Position numbers and translations under genes: made by a program
Shown: positions 26,378-36,828 of the stretch, one piece after another
Layout: each line of letters begins with the position of its first letter
Position numbering within the stretch: position 1 is the first letter of the stretch
Assembly (NCBI GenBank): GCA_964342845.1
Contig: CAYFGV010000001.1
Location: forward strand, 1-59,517
DNA: 59,517 nt
From: Candidatus Woesearchaeota archaeon
Lineage (GTDB): Archaea > Nanobdellota > Nanobdellia > SCGC-AAA011-G17 > CAYFGV01
Reading direction: 5' to 3'
Notes under the pieces: model-generated
The model's input: the letters and a program-made list of their open reading frames with translations, nothing else
Databases searched by the model: none
What the model was told of the DNA's origin: nothing

Positions 26378-27078
26378 ATTGTAATTAAAGCCTTAGCCTT
26401 TCCAATTACTAAAGCATATTCCTTTTTTGTTTTTAAAACCTCTTTACCAACCTTAAACTCTATTTCAGGAGAGATAAAGCCTTTTCTGTCTTCAATATTA
26501 CTTAGAATACCAACTTTACCTTGTTGTCTTCCATCTGTAATATATATTGTGTTTCCCTTTTCAAAATCAATAACTTCCTTTACTTTATTAGTTGATAAAT
26601 CAAACATAACTGTTTGTCCTAGTTTAATATTATCTTTAAGGTTCAACACATTATGACCATCATAAAAAGTAATTTGTGTCTTTTTTCCTTTGATAATTGT
26701 TTTTCTAATAGCTTTCCTAGGTTTAAGCAGTGCCTCTTTGTCTGTAATTTTCTTAAGAGTAAATTTACCTCGATTATTTAACAACAATCTATAATATTCT
26801 TTCACACCTTCAATAGAAATTGTATCAAACAAACCAACAGGAAATTTAATATCTTTTCTTATTTTATTATCTACTTTAATCTGACCTTGAGAAAGTAGTT
26901 GCTTACTCTCTTTAGTTGTTTTTGATATTTTCAAAAAATCTTTAAGTAAGATATTCAAAGGAATAGATCTCTTTAAAACATGAGGCCCAGAGCTAGGTCT
27001 AGTTACCCACTTTGTTCCTTTCCTTGGTAAACCCCATATTTTAGGGCTATTTAGTCTTTTTAGATGGTTCTTTCCCAT
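26374..27078 (-). CDS. rps4e: 30S ribosomal protein S4e
   Basis: MGKNHLKRLNSPKIWGLPRKGTKWVTRPSSGPH, typical of S4e. Confidence 0.95.
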   Translation of the reverse strand: MGKNHLKRLNSPKIWGLPRKGTKWVTRPSSGPHVLKRSIPLNILLKDFLKISKTTKESKQLLSQGQIKVDNKIRKDIKFPVGLFDTISIEGVKEYYRLLLNNRGKFTLKKITDKEALLKPRKAIRKTIIKGKKTQITFYDGHNVLNLKDNIKLGQTVMFDLSTNKVKEVIDFEKGNTIYITDGRQQGKVGILSNIEDRKGFISPEIEFKVGKEVLKTKKEYALVIGKAKALITI

Positions 27079-27457
27079 TTTTTGTCTCCAAACTTTTTTT
27101 CCTCTTTTTATCTCCTAAATTTAATTCAATTATTTGTAAATTTGATGGATGAATCGGATAAAATGCCTTGCTTCCATCCTTTTTAATGTTTTCAATTCCT
27201 TGAATATACACTTTTTCTTCTTTAATATTCATTTTTTCAACTTTACCTATTTGTTTTCTAAATTGTCCTCTCATGATTTTAACTTTATCTCCTGTCCTCA
27301 CACCAAAATTTCTTCTTCCATATTTTTCCTTTAATTCTTTTGAAAGATTCGCACTTACAAATTTCCCCAATATATGAAAAGGAGCATTATGTCTATACTT
27401 CCTTTGCTTTCTTGGTTGTTTACTTGATTTCCATGTTCTTGAAAATAATTTTTTCAT
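27047..27457 (-). CDS. rpl24: 50S ribosomal protein L24 (uL24)
   Basis: KOW motif GDKVKIMRGQFRKQIGKV. ATG at 27457, 2 nt after the L14 stop; the track start is GTG at 27472. Confidence 0.9.
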   Translation of the reverse strand: MKKLFSRTWKSSKQPRKQRKYRHNAPFHILGKFVSANLSKELKEKYGRRNFGVRTGDKVKIMRGQFRKQIGKVEKMNIKEEKVYIQGIENIKKDGSKAFYPIHPSNLQIIELNLGDKKRKKSLETKNGKEPSKKTK

Positions 27458-27458
27458 T

Positions 27459-27860
27459 TTAAACCACAACACTCGCTACTTTTGATATTGGTGACCATCT
27501 TTCTGTCGCCTCTTTAGCAACCGGCCCCTTAAATATAGTTCCTTTCGGGTTTCCTTTTTCATCTTTACATACAATTACTGCATTATCTTCAAACTTTATT
27601 CTAACTCCGTTCGGTCTTCTATATTCTTTCTTTTGTCTAACAACAATTGCAGGAACAACTTGTTTTCTCATTTCCTTTGTTCCTTTAATAACTGAAACCT
27701 TAACCAAATCCCCTATTCCAGCTGCAGGATATCTTCCTTTAACAGTTTTAGATCCCTTTATAGATATCAAGAACACAACCTTAGCCCCTGAATTATCACA
27801 AACAGGCATTCTTGATCCTCTTGGAATACTTTTTGGAATTTGAGATTTTATCGCTTTCAT
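27459..27860 (-). CDS. rpl14: 50S ribosomal protein L14 (uL14)
   Basis: Conserved L14 sequence (VCDNSGAK..., RKQVVPAIVVRQKK). Confidence 0.95.
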   Translation of the reverse strand: MKAIKSQIPKSIPRGSRMPVCDNSGAKVVFLISIKGSKTVKGRYPAAGIGDLVKVSVIKGTKEMRKQVVPAIVVRQKKEYRRPNGVRIKFEDNAVIVCKDEKGNPKGTIFKGPVAKEATERWSPISKVASVVV

Positions 27861-28186
27861 TTTAGTACTTGTAATATTACAAAATTTTTAGTCTTACTTA
27901 ATTTTCTACATTCTGCAATCTTAACTTTGTCTCCTATTTTAGCATTTATACATAAAGGATTATGAGCTTTTAATTTGGTTCTTCTTTTCTCAAACCTTTC
28001 ATATTTTTTAACCTTAACTAACCTTGACCACGTAACAACTGCAGTCTTGTTAGTATCTTTTGACTTTATAGTGCCTGTAAATATCCTTCCTTTAATAGAT
28101 AAACTACTATGAAAAGGACATTTTTTATCATCACATTTCTGTTTAGGAAAAACAACTTCAATTCCGATTTTTTTTGTTTTTTTCAT
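27857..28186 (-). CDS. rps17: 30S ribosomal protein S17 (uS17)
   Basis: KCPFHSSLSIKGRIFTGTIKSKDTNKTAVV, archaeal S17. Confidence 0.9.
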   Translation of the reverse strand: MKKTKKIGIEVVFPKQKCDDKKCPFHSSLSIKGRIFTGTIKSKDTNKTAVVTWSRLVKVKKYERFEKRRTKLKAHNPLCINAKIGDKVKIAECRKLSKTKNFVILQVLK

Positions 28187-28419
28187 TTTTTTATTCTATC
28201 TTCTGGCCTTCCAACCAATTTTTCTCCTTTTACCAAATAATCACCAATTTTAAGCACAATCTGGCTTTTTATTAATCTTTTCATCTTGTCTTTTGTCTGA
28301 ATTTTTAGCGTAAACTTTGTTTCATCTACAACTTTCCCCTTTAAACCTAAAAGGGTTTTATTTTTTGAGTCAACTACCTCTATCCAAGAGCCAATTAACT
28401 CTTTTTTTACCAAATACAT
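28183..28419 (-). CDS. rnp1: RNase P protein component 1 (Rpp29/Pop4), minimal 78 aa
   Basis: ELIGSWIEVVDSKNKTLLGLKGKVVDETKFTLKI...GRPEDRIKK matches the Rpp29 Sm-like core. Canonical location between SUI1/L29 and S17. Confidence 0.8.
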   Translation of the reverse strand: MYLVKKELIGSWIEVVDSKNKTLLGLKGKVVDETKFTLKIQTKDKMKRLIKSQIVLKIGDYLVKGEKLVGRPEDRIKK

Positions 28420-28718
28420 TATGCTACATATACTGAAACAAAGCCTAGTTTTTCTAATTCTTCTTTAACTTTTTGTCTATGATCTCCTTGCAGCTCAATA
28501 ACATTATTTTTTAATGTTCCACCACAAGCAAATTTTGACTTAAGCTTTTTTGTCAATTCTTTAAGGTTTATATCTGAATCAAAACCTTCAACTATTGTCG
28601 TCAATTTTCCAAAACGTCTTTTAACTATCTTCACTTTAATTTGTTGTTCTTCCTTAGCTATAGTTTCGCAAACACATAGATCTTTGGGTAGACCACATTT
28701 ATGACATATTTCACTCAT
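28419..28718 (-). CDS. sui1: translation initiation factor aSUI1 (eIF1 homolog)
   Basis: N-terminal CxxC...CxC knuckle. [14 protein letters not shown]...[25 protein letters not shown]1 core. Confidence 0.9.
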   Translation of the reverse strand: MSEICHKCGLPKDLCVCETIAKEEQQIKVKIVKRRFGKLTTIVEGFDSDINLKELTKKLKSKFACGGTLKNNVIELQGDHRQKVKEELEKLGFVSVYVA

Positions 28719-28927
28719 TGCTTTTTTGACATACCTCCTTGGTTTTTATATGTTAATATTTTTGAAATAGTTCTTTTAATTTCTTTAATTCTTCCAGGAT
28801 TTTCAGGAGCAGATCCTCCAGATACTTGTGACTTGGATTTAATTAATTCTTTTTTCAAATCTTTAAACTTGCTTTCCAAATCCTTTAGACTTAAATTTTT
28901 AATATCTTTATACTTTAATATTGCCAT
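28715..28927 (-). CDS. rpl29: 50S ribosomal protein L29 (uL29)
   Basis: [23 protein letters not shown] helical L29 pattern and cluster position. Confidence 0.85.
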   Translation of the reverse strand: MAILKYKDIKNLSLKDLESKFKDLKKELIKSKSQVSGGSAPENPGRIKEIKRTISKILTYKNQGGMSKKQ

Positions 28928-29678
28928 CTTTCTTCTTAGTTTCCTTTTTTACTTTTGTTGTTTTTTTCTTAGTCTCTTTTTTCTTCTTAGTTGTTTTTTC
29001 CTTAACTTCTTTCTTTTCTTCCTTTTTTTCTTTAGGTTCTTCTTTTACTTCAACTACTTCCTTTTCTTCTTCAACTTCTTTTTCAATAAACACAATTTCA
29101 TCTGGAAGTTTAACATCAGGTGTTAATATACTAACTTTAATACCTACAGATCCAGACTTTAAATTAGCAACAGCAAAACCCTTTCTAATTAAAGATTCAG
29201 CAACATCTCCTGACTTCTTTAAATGACCTTTTTTAAATCTCCAAGATTTAGCTCTACTTCCCGGAACCCCTCTTCCTGAGATAACAATCTCAGCACCTCT
29301 TGCTCCAGCACTCAACATAGTTTGTAAAATCTTATGCCCCATAAATTTAAACCTAGACGGCCCAAACCTTTCAAAAGTATGAGCAATATGTTTTGCAACC
29401 GAATGAGGGTTTAAGTCAGGATTAGGTATTTCAGATACCTCTATTTGTGGATTCTCTAAACCAAAATCTCTTTTTAGTACCTCTGTCAGACTATGAATAT
29501 TTTCTCCCTTTCTTCCAACAATTAAACCAGGCTTAGACGTAAAAACTATAATTCTTTCTCCTAAAGGTGTTCTTTGTATCTCTGTATGACTATATCCTGG
29601 TTTGTTTAGCTTTTCAGCTATATATTCCTGGATTTGATGCTCTTTTACCTTTTTATCTAAAAATTTTCGTTCTATCAT
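28908..29678 (-). CDS. rps3: 30S ribosomal protein S3 (uS3) with Lys/Glu-rich C-terminal tail
   Basis: KH domain (IIVFTSKPGLIVGRKGENI) and S3 C-terminal domain, followed by a K/E/T low-complexity tail of about 55 aa. Confidence 0.95.
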   Translation of the reverse strand: MIERKFLDKKVKEHQIQEYIAEKLNKPGYSHTEIQRTPLGERIIVFTSKPGLIVGRKGENIHSLTEVLKRDFGLENPQIEVSEIPNPDLNPHSVAKHIAHTFERFGPSRFKFMGHKILQTMLSAGARGAEIVISGRGVPGSRAKSWRFKKGHLKKSGDVAESLIRKGFAVANLKSGSVGIKVSILTPDVKLPDEIVFIEKEVEEEKEVVEVKEEPKEKKEEKKEVKEKTTKKKKETKKKTTKVKKETKKKDGNIKV

Positions 29679-30154
29679 TTTTCCTCTAATTCAACCTCAA
29701 TATTAGTATTTTTCATTAATCTTCTTCTTTTCCTTCCAGGGTGGAAGTTCTTAGTCCCTTTGTTTGCTTTTATTAATTTTATAACTAAGTTCTTTGAATC
29801 TAATCCTTTATTTTCTGCATTTGATTGTGCAGTATTCAATACATTCAACACCTCTTTAATAGATTTTATCGGATATCTTCCAGAAGCAACCTTTCCTCTT
29901 CTATGTGGCATATCTTTGTTATATCTTTTAAAAGGAACTGCTATCTTTTTTTCTAAAACAAGATTCAACAATCCTCTTGCTTTTTCTAGATTTTTCCCTC
30001 TTACAAATGAACAAATTTCAACACATTGTTTTGTTGAAACTGAAAGATTATAAGAAAATGCCTTTGCAGAGTGATCTTTAGTTGTTTTCTCTTTAGAAAC
30101 ATTCTTAGTTTCTTTCTTTACTGGTACAGTTTCCTTTTTAATCTTTTCATCCAT
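29675..30154 (-). CDS. rpl22: 50S ribosomal protein L22 (uL22)
   Basis: L22 core (VSTKQCVEICSFVRGKNLEKARGLL...PFKRYNKDMPHRRG) with a K/E-rich N-terminal extension. Confidence 0.9.
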   Translation of the reverse strand: MDEKIKKETVPVKKETKNVSKEKTTKDHSAKAFSYNLSVSTKQCVEICSFVRGKNLEKARGLLNLVLEKKIAVPFKRYNKDMPHRRGKVASGRYPIKSIKEVLNVLNTAQSNAENKGLDSKNLVIKLIKANKGTKNFHPGRKRRRLMKNTNIEVELEEK

Positions 30155-30156
30155 TT

Positions 30157-30555
30157 TTATTTAACTGATGCTGAAGCACTTGACTTAGTAGCACCAATAC
30201 CTGGAGCAGAGTGTTTTATTCTTTTCCTTGTATCTGCAAATTCACCTAACCTATGTCCAAGCATCTCTTCTAAAATCACAACCTTTTCAAAAGTTTTTCC
30301 GTTGTGTACAAATATTTCCATCTCCAACATATCAGGTATTACAACAATATCTCTACAATGAGTCTTTATTATTTTTTTATAAGTTCCTTCCTTTTTTGCT
30401 TTAATCTTCTTCAATAAAGTTTTTTGGGAATCTGTAAATCCTCTTTTTAAGGATCTTCTAGTTGTTGAATCTAACAGTCCAATAAATTCTTTTAATGATA
30501 TACTCTTCATTTCTTCAAGTGTTTTTCCTTTAAATGTAAATTCTTTTTTTGCCAT
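30157..30555 (-). CDS. rps19: 30S ribosomal protein S19 (uS19)
   Basis: IVVIPDMLEMEIFVHNGKTFEKVVILEEMLGHRLGEFADTRK, S19 signature. Confidence 0.95.
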   Translation of the reverse strand: MAKKEFTFKGKTLEEMKSISLKEFIGLLDSTTRRSLKRGFTDSQKTLLKKIKAKKEGTYKKIIKTHCRDIVVIPDMLEMEIFVHNGKTFEKVVILEEMLGHRLGEFADTRKRIKHSAPGIGATKSSASASVK

Positions 30556-30557
30556 GT

Positions 30558-31283
30558 TTATTTCCTCTTACCTGTTCTTTTAGCCTTTAATAAACCAACA
30601 TTTCTTCCAGGAGGAGCATGTCTTGGTGGTATTTTAGGTTTACCAATATGTCTTCCTCTTCCAGAACCAAAAGGATGGTCAACAGCATTCATTGCAACAC
30701 CAGATGTTCTCGGATAAAGTTTATTCTTAGCTTTCATTGCGTGATATCTATTCCCTGCTTTAACAAATGGTTTTTCTCTTTTACCTGCACCGCTTAATAT
30801 ACCAATACAAGCCCTACAATTAGGATTAAAATCTTTTAGTTTTTTTGAAGGTAATTTAATTTTTATTTTATTAGTAGTTTTCGAAGTAATTATAGCAGAA
30901 GTACCAGCACCTCTAACCAACTTCCCTTTATCCCCTGGCAAAGTTTCAATATTAAAAATAGAAACACCAAGAGGAATATTTTTCAAAGGCAAAACATTTC
31001 CAATCTTTACTTCTGCCTTAAAACCAGAGCTTATCTCTGATAAATTACTTAGCTTTTCAGGAGCAAACATTAGGTGCTTTTCTCCATTTTCAAATAAAAC
31101 TTTAGCTAATGGAGCCGAATGTCCAGCACAATGAATTAAATCAATAACTTTTCCTTTAATTAAACCTTCTTTTTCTATATTGTCATAAACTCTATGTCCT
31201 GGTTTTCCTTTAAATTTGAAACTAACAGCCTTATAAGTACTAGTTCCTCTTCCACGCCTTTGTTGAATTATTCGTTTTCCCAT
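30558..31283 (-). CDS. rpl2: 50S ribosomal protein L2 (uL2)
   Basis: GVAMNAVDHPFGSGRGRHIGKP signature. Confidence 0.97.
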   Translation of the reverse strand: MGKRIIQQRRGRGTSTYKAVSFKFKGKPGHRVYDNIEKEGLIKGKVIDLIHCAGHSAPLAKVLFENGEKHLMFAPEKLSNLSEISSGFKAEVKIGNVLPLKNIPLGVSIFNIETLPGDKGKLVRGAGTSAIITSKTTNKIKIKLPSKKLKDFNPNCRACIGILSGAGKREKPFVKAGNRYHAMKAKNKLYPRTSGVAMNAVDHPFGSGRGRHIGKPKIPPRHAPPGRNVGLLKAKRTGKRK

Positions 31284-31285
31284 CT

Positions 31286-31546
31286 TTACATCAATCCTAA
31301 TTGTGTTGCTATATCAATAGCAGGTGTATCTGGATGTAACTTAATATAAGCCTTCTTTACACCTTTTGGAGTAAACAAAGTTGTAACTTTTAACACCTTA
31401 ACCTTGAAAACCTTTTCCAAAGCCTCCTTTATCTCTCCTTTTTTAGCTTTATTTGAAACTATAAATGTAATTTTATTCTCTGTTTCCATTATTCTAACAG
31501 ATTTTTCTGTTGTTAAAGGAAATTTAATTATGTTATACACATCCAT
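31286..31546 (-). CDS. rpl23: 50S ribosomal protein L23 (uL23)
   Basis: [29 protein letters not shown]23 pattern. Confidence 0.9.
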   Translation of the reverse strand: MDVYNIIKFPLTTEKSVRIMETENKITFIVSNKAKKGEIKEALEKVFKVKVLKVTTLFTPKGVKKAYIKLHPDTPAIDIATQLGLM

Positions 31547-31547
31547 T

Positions 31548-32339
31548 TTAAATAAACAACTTCTCCTTTTCTATCTTTTCTAAAGCTTTTTCACTCCAAA
31601 TTGTCAACCTTCCAGGCACACAACCAGGAGCTAGCAATTCAGCATTTAATGAATTAACAGCACAAATATCAAAACCTTGTAGGTTCTTAGCAGATTTAAC
31701 TAATTTACAATCACCACCAACAACAATTAAAGGACCTTTCACTCTTCTATATCTTCTTCCTCTTAATTTTCCTATACCTGATCTCATTCTTTTAATAAAA
31801 CTTCTTTCAACATCTTTATCTAATTTTAAATCATTTAAAACCTTAATAACATCTTTAGTCTTGTCCAAATTCTCAAAATCATTTACAACAACCAAAGATT
31901 CTGCTTTATAACCTCTCTTCTCTAATAATTCTTTTTGTAAAGTAGCAGTTAAAGCACTTCTTATAGCCATTCTTCTTTCTTTTTTATTCATCTTTTGTTC
32001 CCAAATCTTTTCAGACTTAGGTGGGTGTGCTATTCTTCCGCCAACAGTACCCGGTGCTTGAGCTCCAACCCAAATAAACTGGGTTCCTCTTCTCAAAACA
32101 GTTTTTCTAGGCATTCTTGCAAGACTTCTACCATAACCAGTCTTATAATTTTTTCTTCTTCTTGATATTTTAGTAGAATGTCTCATCCCAGCCTCACTAG
32201 AAGCCCCATACCTCTGTCTTTTATTAGCTTGAATCGCTAAAACAGCCTTTTTAATCAAATCTAATCTTAATTCTTCAGAAAATTGTTTAGGTAACTTGAT
32301 CTGTTTTTCAACTTTCCCTTGTAAATTATATAGTTTCAT
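31548..32339 (-). CDS. rpl4: 50S ribosomal protein L4 (uL4)
   Basis: Archaeal L4/L1e-like sequence and cluster position. Confidence 0.9.
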   Translation of the reverse strand: MKLYNLQGKVEKQIKLPKQFSEELRLDLIKKAVLAIQANKRQRYGASSEAGMRHSTKISRRRKNYKTGYGRSLARMPRKTVLRRGTQFIWVGAQAPGTVGGRIAHPPKSEKIWEQKMNKKERRMAIRSALTATLQKELLEKRGYKAESLVVVNDFENLDKTKDVIKVLNDLKLDKDVERSFIKRMRSGIGKLRGRRYRRVKGPLIVVGGDCKLVKSAKNLQGFDICAVNSLNAELLAPGCVPGRLTIWSEKALEKIEKEKLFI

Positions 32340-33310
32340 TGTTTTGAGCTCGTACTAATATATTCTATATTCATTAATTGTTCAGCCTTTTTATCCCTAA
32401 TTGTAGGAATTAATTTAATTAATCTCTTCCTAGGTCCAGGAACAGAACCCTTGATCAACAAATATTCATTTTTTATCTCTCCATATCTCTTAATTCCGCC
32501 TTTTTGATTAATCTTTTTAACATCTTGCTCTACAGCAAAAATTAAATTATTATAAGCTGTCCTAGTATGGAAACCATGTTGACCATGCTGAGGCACAGTT
32601 GGTGATACCTTGGATGGAGTCCATGCACCTAAATTACCAGCAGATCTTCTCTTCTTCTCTGATTTATGACTTTTCAAAGAAATTCCAAATCTTTTAATCG
32701 GACCAGTAAAACCAAAACCTTTTGTAACACCATGAACATCTATATATTCTCCTGCTTTAAAAATTTCAGAAACTTTTATTTCCTTTCCTATAATAGATTT
32801 AGCAAAATTATGAGCTTCTTCAACATTTTCACTAGGTAAACTTAATTCAAAAACTTCTGGTTTTTTCTTTCCAATTCCAGTTAGTTTAGGTAATGTTTGC
32901 ACTAAAACTCTAACTTCTTTAATATTATCTAACTTAACTTCCTTTTCTTTAACCTCTTTCTTAGGTAAACTTAATTTCCTTTTTAGACTCTTATCAAAAT
33001 CTTTTAAAGGTGTAGAATAAGAAAGCTTTAATCCATAAGCATCAGAAGAATAAAAGTGAATAGAAATAGGTTTTATTGGCGGACACTCAATAATCGTCAC
33101 AGGAACAGTAACTTCAAGGCCCACAGTCGGTGAATTTTTTTTAGTATCTGTATACATAATGTGTGTCATACCAGCCTTATATCCAGCAAAGCCCAAAACC
33201 CTTTGTTCTTTTGATTTAGGCCAAGACCTAACTCTAGTATGAATTCGTTTAGCCTTACATCTAGGCCAAAACTGCATCGTCCCTGCTCTTGGTTTATTTA
33301 CATGTCCCAT
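32336..33310 (-). CDS. rpl3: 50S ribosomal protein L3 (uL3)
   Basis: MGHVNKPRAGTMQFWPRCKAKR..., archaeal L3. ATG at 33310 with TTTAAATA 26 nt upstream; the track start at 33322 is TTG. Confidence 0.95.
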   Translation of the reverse strand: MGHVNKPRAGTMQFWPRCKAKRIHTRVRSWPKSKEQRVLGFAGYKAGMTHIMYTDTKKNSPTVGLEVTVPVTIIECPPIKPISIHFYSSDAYGLKLSYSTPLKDFDKSLKRKLSLPKKEVKEKEVKLDNIKEVRVLVQTLPKLTGIGKKKPEVFELSLPSENVEEAHNFAKSIIGKEIKVSEIFKAGEYIDVHGVTKGFGFTGPIKRFGISLKSHKSEKKRRSAGNLGAWTPSKVSPTVPQHGQHGFHTRTAYNNLIFAVEQDVKKINQKGGIKRYGEIKNEYLLIKGSVPGPRKRLIKLIPTIRDKKAEQLMNIEYISTSSKQ

Positions 33311-33335
33311 TCTCTTTTTCAAGCTTCATAACTCT

Positions 33336-33343
33336 TATTTAAA
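33336..33343 (-). promoter_or_regulatory. TATA box of the L3-to-SecY ribosomal protein operon
   Basis: Minus-strand TTTAAATA, 26 nt upstream of the L3 ATG at 33310. Confidence 0.55.
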
Positions 33344-33511
33344 GTTTGTGTTTCTATCTAACCAGAATCAGCGACTTTACAATCAGTAGGGTAATCTTTT
33401 TGAGTTTATTTTATATTTATATAGGTTTCTATTTTCAAAGTCTCCATGCAAATCCCCAACAATTAAAAATTTCATAACAAATAACTCATACTTACAACTT
33501 ATAAAATTATC

Positions 33512-33844
33512 CTATTTATCTCTTGTCGACTCTCTGATAATACCTTCAAATAAATCCATTTTTTGTTTAACTCTATTTCTTGCTTCTCTAGCTCCAAGAC
33601 CATTATTAATCAAACAAGTTGTTTTTAAAACCATTAAACTCTTAACTAAACTACTCATGTACTCTTTAAGTCTAACATCAGTAATAAATTCCACATCAGA
33701 TTCAAGAGAAGAAACAAGATTTTCTAATTCTAAACCAACATTTGCATAAACTTCTTTCCCTTTCCAATCTCTTCCTTTTATTTTAGGTAAAACTACAACC
33801 GAATAATAATCTAATGCAGTTTTTATATTGCCCATATATTCCAT
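33512..33844 (-). CDS. hypothetical protein
   Basis: 110-aa helical ORF. T/A-rich TATA-like element about 22 nt upstream. Confidence 0.45.
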   Translation of the reverse strand: MEYMGNIKTALDYYSVVVLPKIKGRDWKGKEVYANVGLELENLVSSLESDVEFITDVRLKEYMSSLVKSLMVLKTTCLINNGLGAREARNRVKQKMDLFEGIIRESTRDK

Positions 33845-33960
33845 AAAAAAAGGAAAATCAGATGTTTTTTAAAACTATCGAAACTTTGAACTCTTAAATT
33901 AAGACCGGGTTTAGATATAGAAATTTTGATTTTTGTTTGAGTAGAAATAAAAAGAAAGTT

Positions 33961-34398
33961 TTATTTTTCTTCATTACCACCAAAACCAAGATTTAATCCT
34001 ATTCCTCTCTTAAGATTTCCTCTGCTCATTGCTTCATTATATGCTCCAATTTGTAATCCATTAAGATTCACTGGTTTATACGTAATACCTTTATCATTTA
34101 CTGACATGTTTACAAGACCTGCTTCTAAACCAGTTACTTTTCCGTCTTTAGAAGCATTTGCTACAGCAAGATTAACACCGTTTATTTCACCAGCATTATC
34201 TGTCGCAACAGAAATACTTATACCATAAAATCTTGATCCAGATTCATAAGAATTTAAGATTCCTATACAGATTCCACCACTTGCCCCTACTTTTCTATTG
34301 TAAAGGGGCGTAAGTCCTTCTTTATTTCCAGTACATGTTCCAGATATAGTTGCAAGAGTTAAACCTGCAATCGTAGCATATTTTAAAATCTTTTTCAC
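33961..34398 (-). CDS. small secreted/anchored Gly/Asn-repeat protein
   Basis: GTG at 34398 preceded by GGAGG (34406-34410), giving an N-terminal signal peptide (KKILKYATIAGLTLATISG). The track ATG at 34443 adds an odd 15-aa leader. Repeats of G-(L/V)-x-x-G/A-x-x-N. Confidence 0.45.
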   Translation of the reverse strand: MKKILKYATIAGLTLATISGTCTGNKEGLTPLYNRKVGASGGICIGILNSYESGSRFYGISISVATDNAGEINGVNLAVANASKDGKVTGLEAGLVNMSVNDKGITYKPVNLNGLQIGAYNEAMSRGNLKRGIGLNLGFGGNEEK

Positions 34399-34480
34399 TT
34401 TTATTCCTCCAAGATTTGGATAAAAAAAGAAATAATCACTCACTTATAAACCTTCCGTTTTTGTCATCACTTACAAATAA

Positions 34481-35701
34481 TCATTCATACCTCAAAGCAT
34501 CCACTGGTTTCATTTTAGCAGCTTGCATAGCAGGAAATACACCAGAAATACAACCAACAAAAAAACCAAAACCCAAAGCAAAAACAATCAAACCAACACT
34601 AACACTTGCTTGCAATAACTCAGTCCCTAAATAAACAAAAGCAACATACTCCACTGATTTACTAATCAAAACACCTATAACAACACCAATAAATCCACCA
34701 GCCAAACCCAAAACGCCACTTTCAACCAAGAACAAAAGTAAAACATCTTTATTCCTAGCACCAATAGCTTTCATAATTCCAATATCTTTTGTTCTTTCTA
34801 AAACAGAAGTATACATTGTATTCATAATACCAATTCCTCCAACTAAAAGAGAAATAGCAGCTATACCAATTAAAACAGCCTGCACAATCCCAAAAATATT
34901 ACTAAAAGTTTCTAATAACTCTTCAGAAGTTTGAACACTAAAAGTTTCTTCACCTTCTTCTTCATCACGAAAATCTCTTAATTCTTCTTCAATATCCAAA
35001 GCAACTTCAGAAGCATCATAACCCTCACTAGATTTAACAAAGATCATACTTTCTTCTTCTGAAATATCAAATAACTCTCTCAAAATATCTTTAGAAATAT
35101 AAACAGTAGAATCATCATTTGGATCTCCAGTCCTCTCCATAATCCCAACAACCTTAAGCTCAACACCTTCTACAGTAATAACGTCTCTTAAACCAACTTC
35201 TTTAGAAAAAACATCTCCAGTAGCATATCTAGAACCAACAACAGCTTTATAACTTTCTCCTTCTTCAAAAACTCTTCCTTCTTCCATTATTAAAAAATTA
35301 AAATCTTCCTGCCAAAAAGAAATATCTTCCTCAGAAACACCACCGACATAACCTACATAACTTTCATCCTTAAATTCAGTCTGTCCTATCTTAGTAACAT
35401 AACCTACAGCTTCTTTAACACCTCTTAACCCAGAAACAAATTCTAAATCATCACTAGTCAAAATTAAACTCTCAGAAACCACAGTTCCAGGAGGAGCAAA
35501 AATATCAGGCATAATAATTATCTTATCTTTACCAATAGCTTCAAACTCCCCCTCAATAGCATTTTGTAAACCTTCACCTAAAGAAATCAAAGAAACAACT
35601 GCAGCTATACCTATAAAAATCCCAAGCATAGTTAACCAAGCTCTTAATCTCCTATGTTTTATACTCTTAAAAGATAAAACAAAATAATCTTTTACATTCA
35701 T
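34481..35701 (-). CDS. ABC transporter permease, FtsX/MacB family
   Basis: N-terminal TM, large extracytoplasmic domain and a C-terminal FtsX 3-TM bundle (MKAIGARNKDVLLLFLVESG...). Confidence 0.85.
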   Translation of the reverse strand: MNVKDYFVLSFKSIKHRRLRAWLTMLGIFIGIAAVVSLISLGEGLQNAIEGEFEAIGKDKIIIMPDIFAPPGTVVSESLILTSDDLEFVSGLRGVKEAVGYVTKIGQTEFKDESYVGYVGGVSEEDISFWQEDFNFLIMEEGRVFEEGESYKAVVGSRYATGDVFSKEVGLRDVITVEGVELKVVGIMERTGDPNDDSTVYISKDILRELFDISEEESMIFVKSSEGYDASEVALDIEEELRDFRDEEEGEETFSVQTSEELLETFSNIFGIVQAVLIGIAAISLLVGGIGIMNTMYTSVLERTKDIGIMKAIGARNKDVLLLFLVESGVLGLAGGFIGVVIGVLISKSVEYVAFVYLGTELLQASVSVGLIVFALGFGFFVGCISGVFPAMQAAKMKPVDALRYE

Positions 35702-36828
35702 CTTCTTTTTCTTTTACGAACCTTATAAACAATATAACCAATCACTAAAATCACTATCAAATAAACCCAATAACTAACAGTAGAACTTTCGACCAATCCA
35801 AAACCTTCTGCATCTTCACGAGTATAACTATCTAAGCTAACCTCATAAACTTCAGAAAATTCAGAATGATCAACATCTTTATACTCTATTAAAAAGAATA
35901 AAGTAACATCATCTTTCTCAGTCACCAAATTAAACTCAACAGTCTCATAATCTTCCTTGTCAACATCTCCCACATAAACCTTGTCATTACCAATTACGTC
36001 ATACCAATTCATGTCAAGTAGTTTAATATCTAAAAACTTTAAATCTCCTAATCCTTTGTTAACTAAACTTACTTTAATTTCAGAAACTTCTCCAATAATC
36101 CCAAAACTATCTTCTATAATTACTTCTAATTCTGGAAAAACAACAACTTCCAAACTTAATTCAGTCTCTTTCTCAACACCGTCATAAATAATGTTAAAAG
36201 GAACTTTATAAACTCCTTGTTCTGCATCATTCAAAGCCAGTAATTTAAACTTAATTGTTTCAGTCTCTCCACCATCTAAAGAAGATATAACTTCATAACC
36301 AACACCATCTACAAAAGCAAATGGAACTTCAGATAAATCTAAAGAAACTTCAACATCATTTAAAACACCAACACCAGAGTTTTCAACAGTAATTTTAACA
36401 TAATCTTCTTCACCTATATTAAAAGAATCTGCATCTACTTCTTTAACACTTAAATAAGCACTTGTATCAATCAAAACTAAAAACTCTTCTACTTCTTTAT
36501 CTCCATCAATCTCATATTCTAATTCTAAAATCCCATCTTCTTCAGAAACATCAGCATCAACTCTAACAAAAAAACTAATAGTCTCTTCTTCACCAGCATC
36601 TAATGTAATTTCAACATCACTAGTATCACTAAAATCAAACATATCATCCCCACTTAATTCAAACTCAACTTCTACACTTTCACCTAATTCATTATAAACT
36701 AAAAATTCAACTTCAAAGCTTTTTCCTGGTTCAACTGGTTTTGGATCATAATTTTCTAAAGAAATATCCAACCCACTAACCATGCTCAAACTCAGCAAAA
36801 AAACAAATAAATAAATTATCTTTTTCAT
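35698..36828 (-). CDS. highly acidic secreted protein with Ig-like/CARDB-type repeats and C-terminal TM anchor (COG1361-like)
   Basis: Signal peptide, repeated beta-rich acidic modules, and a C-terminal TM plus KVRKRKRR stop-transfer. Sits between the ABC ATPase and permease with 4-nt overlaps. Confidence 0.55.
   Translation of the reverse strand: MKKIIYLFVFLLSLSMVSGLDISLENYDPKPVEPGKSFEVEFLVYNELGESVEVEFELSGDDMFDFSDTSDVEITLDAGEEETISFFVRVDADVSEEDGILELEYEIDGDKEVEEFLVLIDTSAYLSVKEVDADSFNIGEEDYVKITVENSGVGVLNDVEVSLDLSEVPFAFVDGVGYEVISSLDGGETETIKFKLLALNDAEQGVYKVPFNIIYDGVEKETELSLEVVVFPELEVIIEDSFGIIGEVSEIKVSLVNKGLGDLKFLDIKLLDMNWYDVIGNDKVYVGDVDKEDYETVEFNLVTEKDDVTLFFLIEYKDVDHSEFSEVYEVSLDSYTREDAEGFGLVESSTVSYWVYLIVILVIGYIVYKVRKRKRR

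Noticed and set aside
28701-30361. ORF-track entries on the plus strand opposite the S3/L29/L22/S19 genes (28701-29126, 28921-29226, 29760-30053, 30071-30361), rich in F/L/S.
   Set aside because: These are antisense shadows of Lys/Glu-rich, AT-rich coding sequence. They give low-complexity Phe/Leu/Ser translations and fully overlap well-supported ribosomal protein genes.
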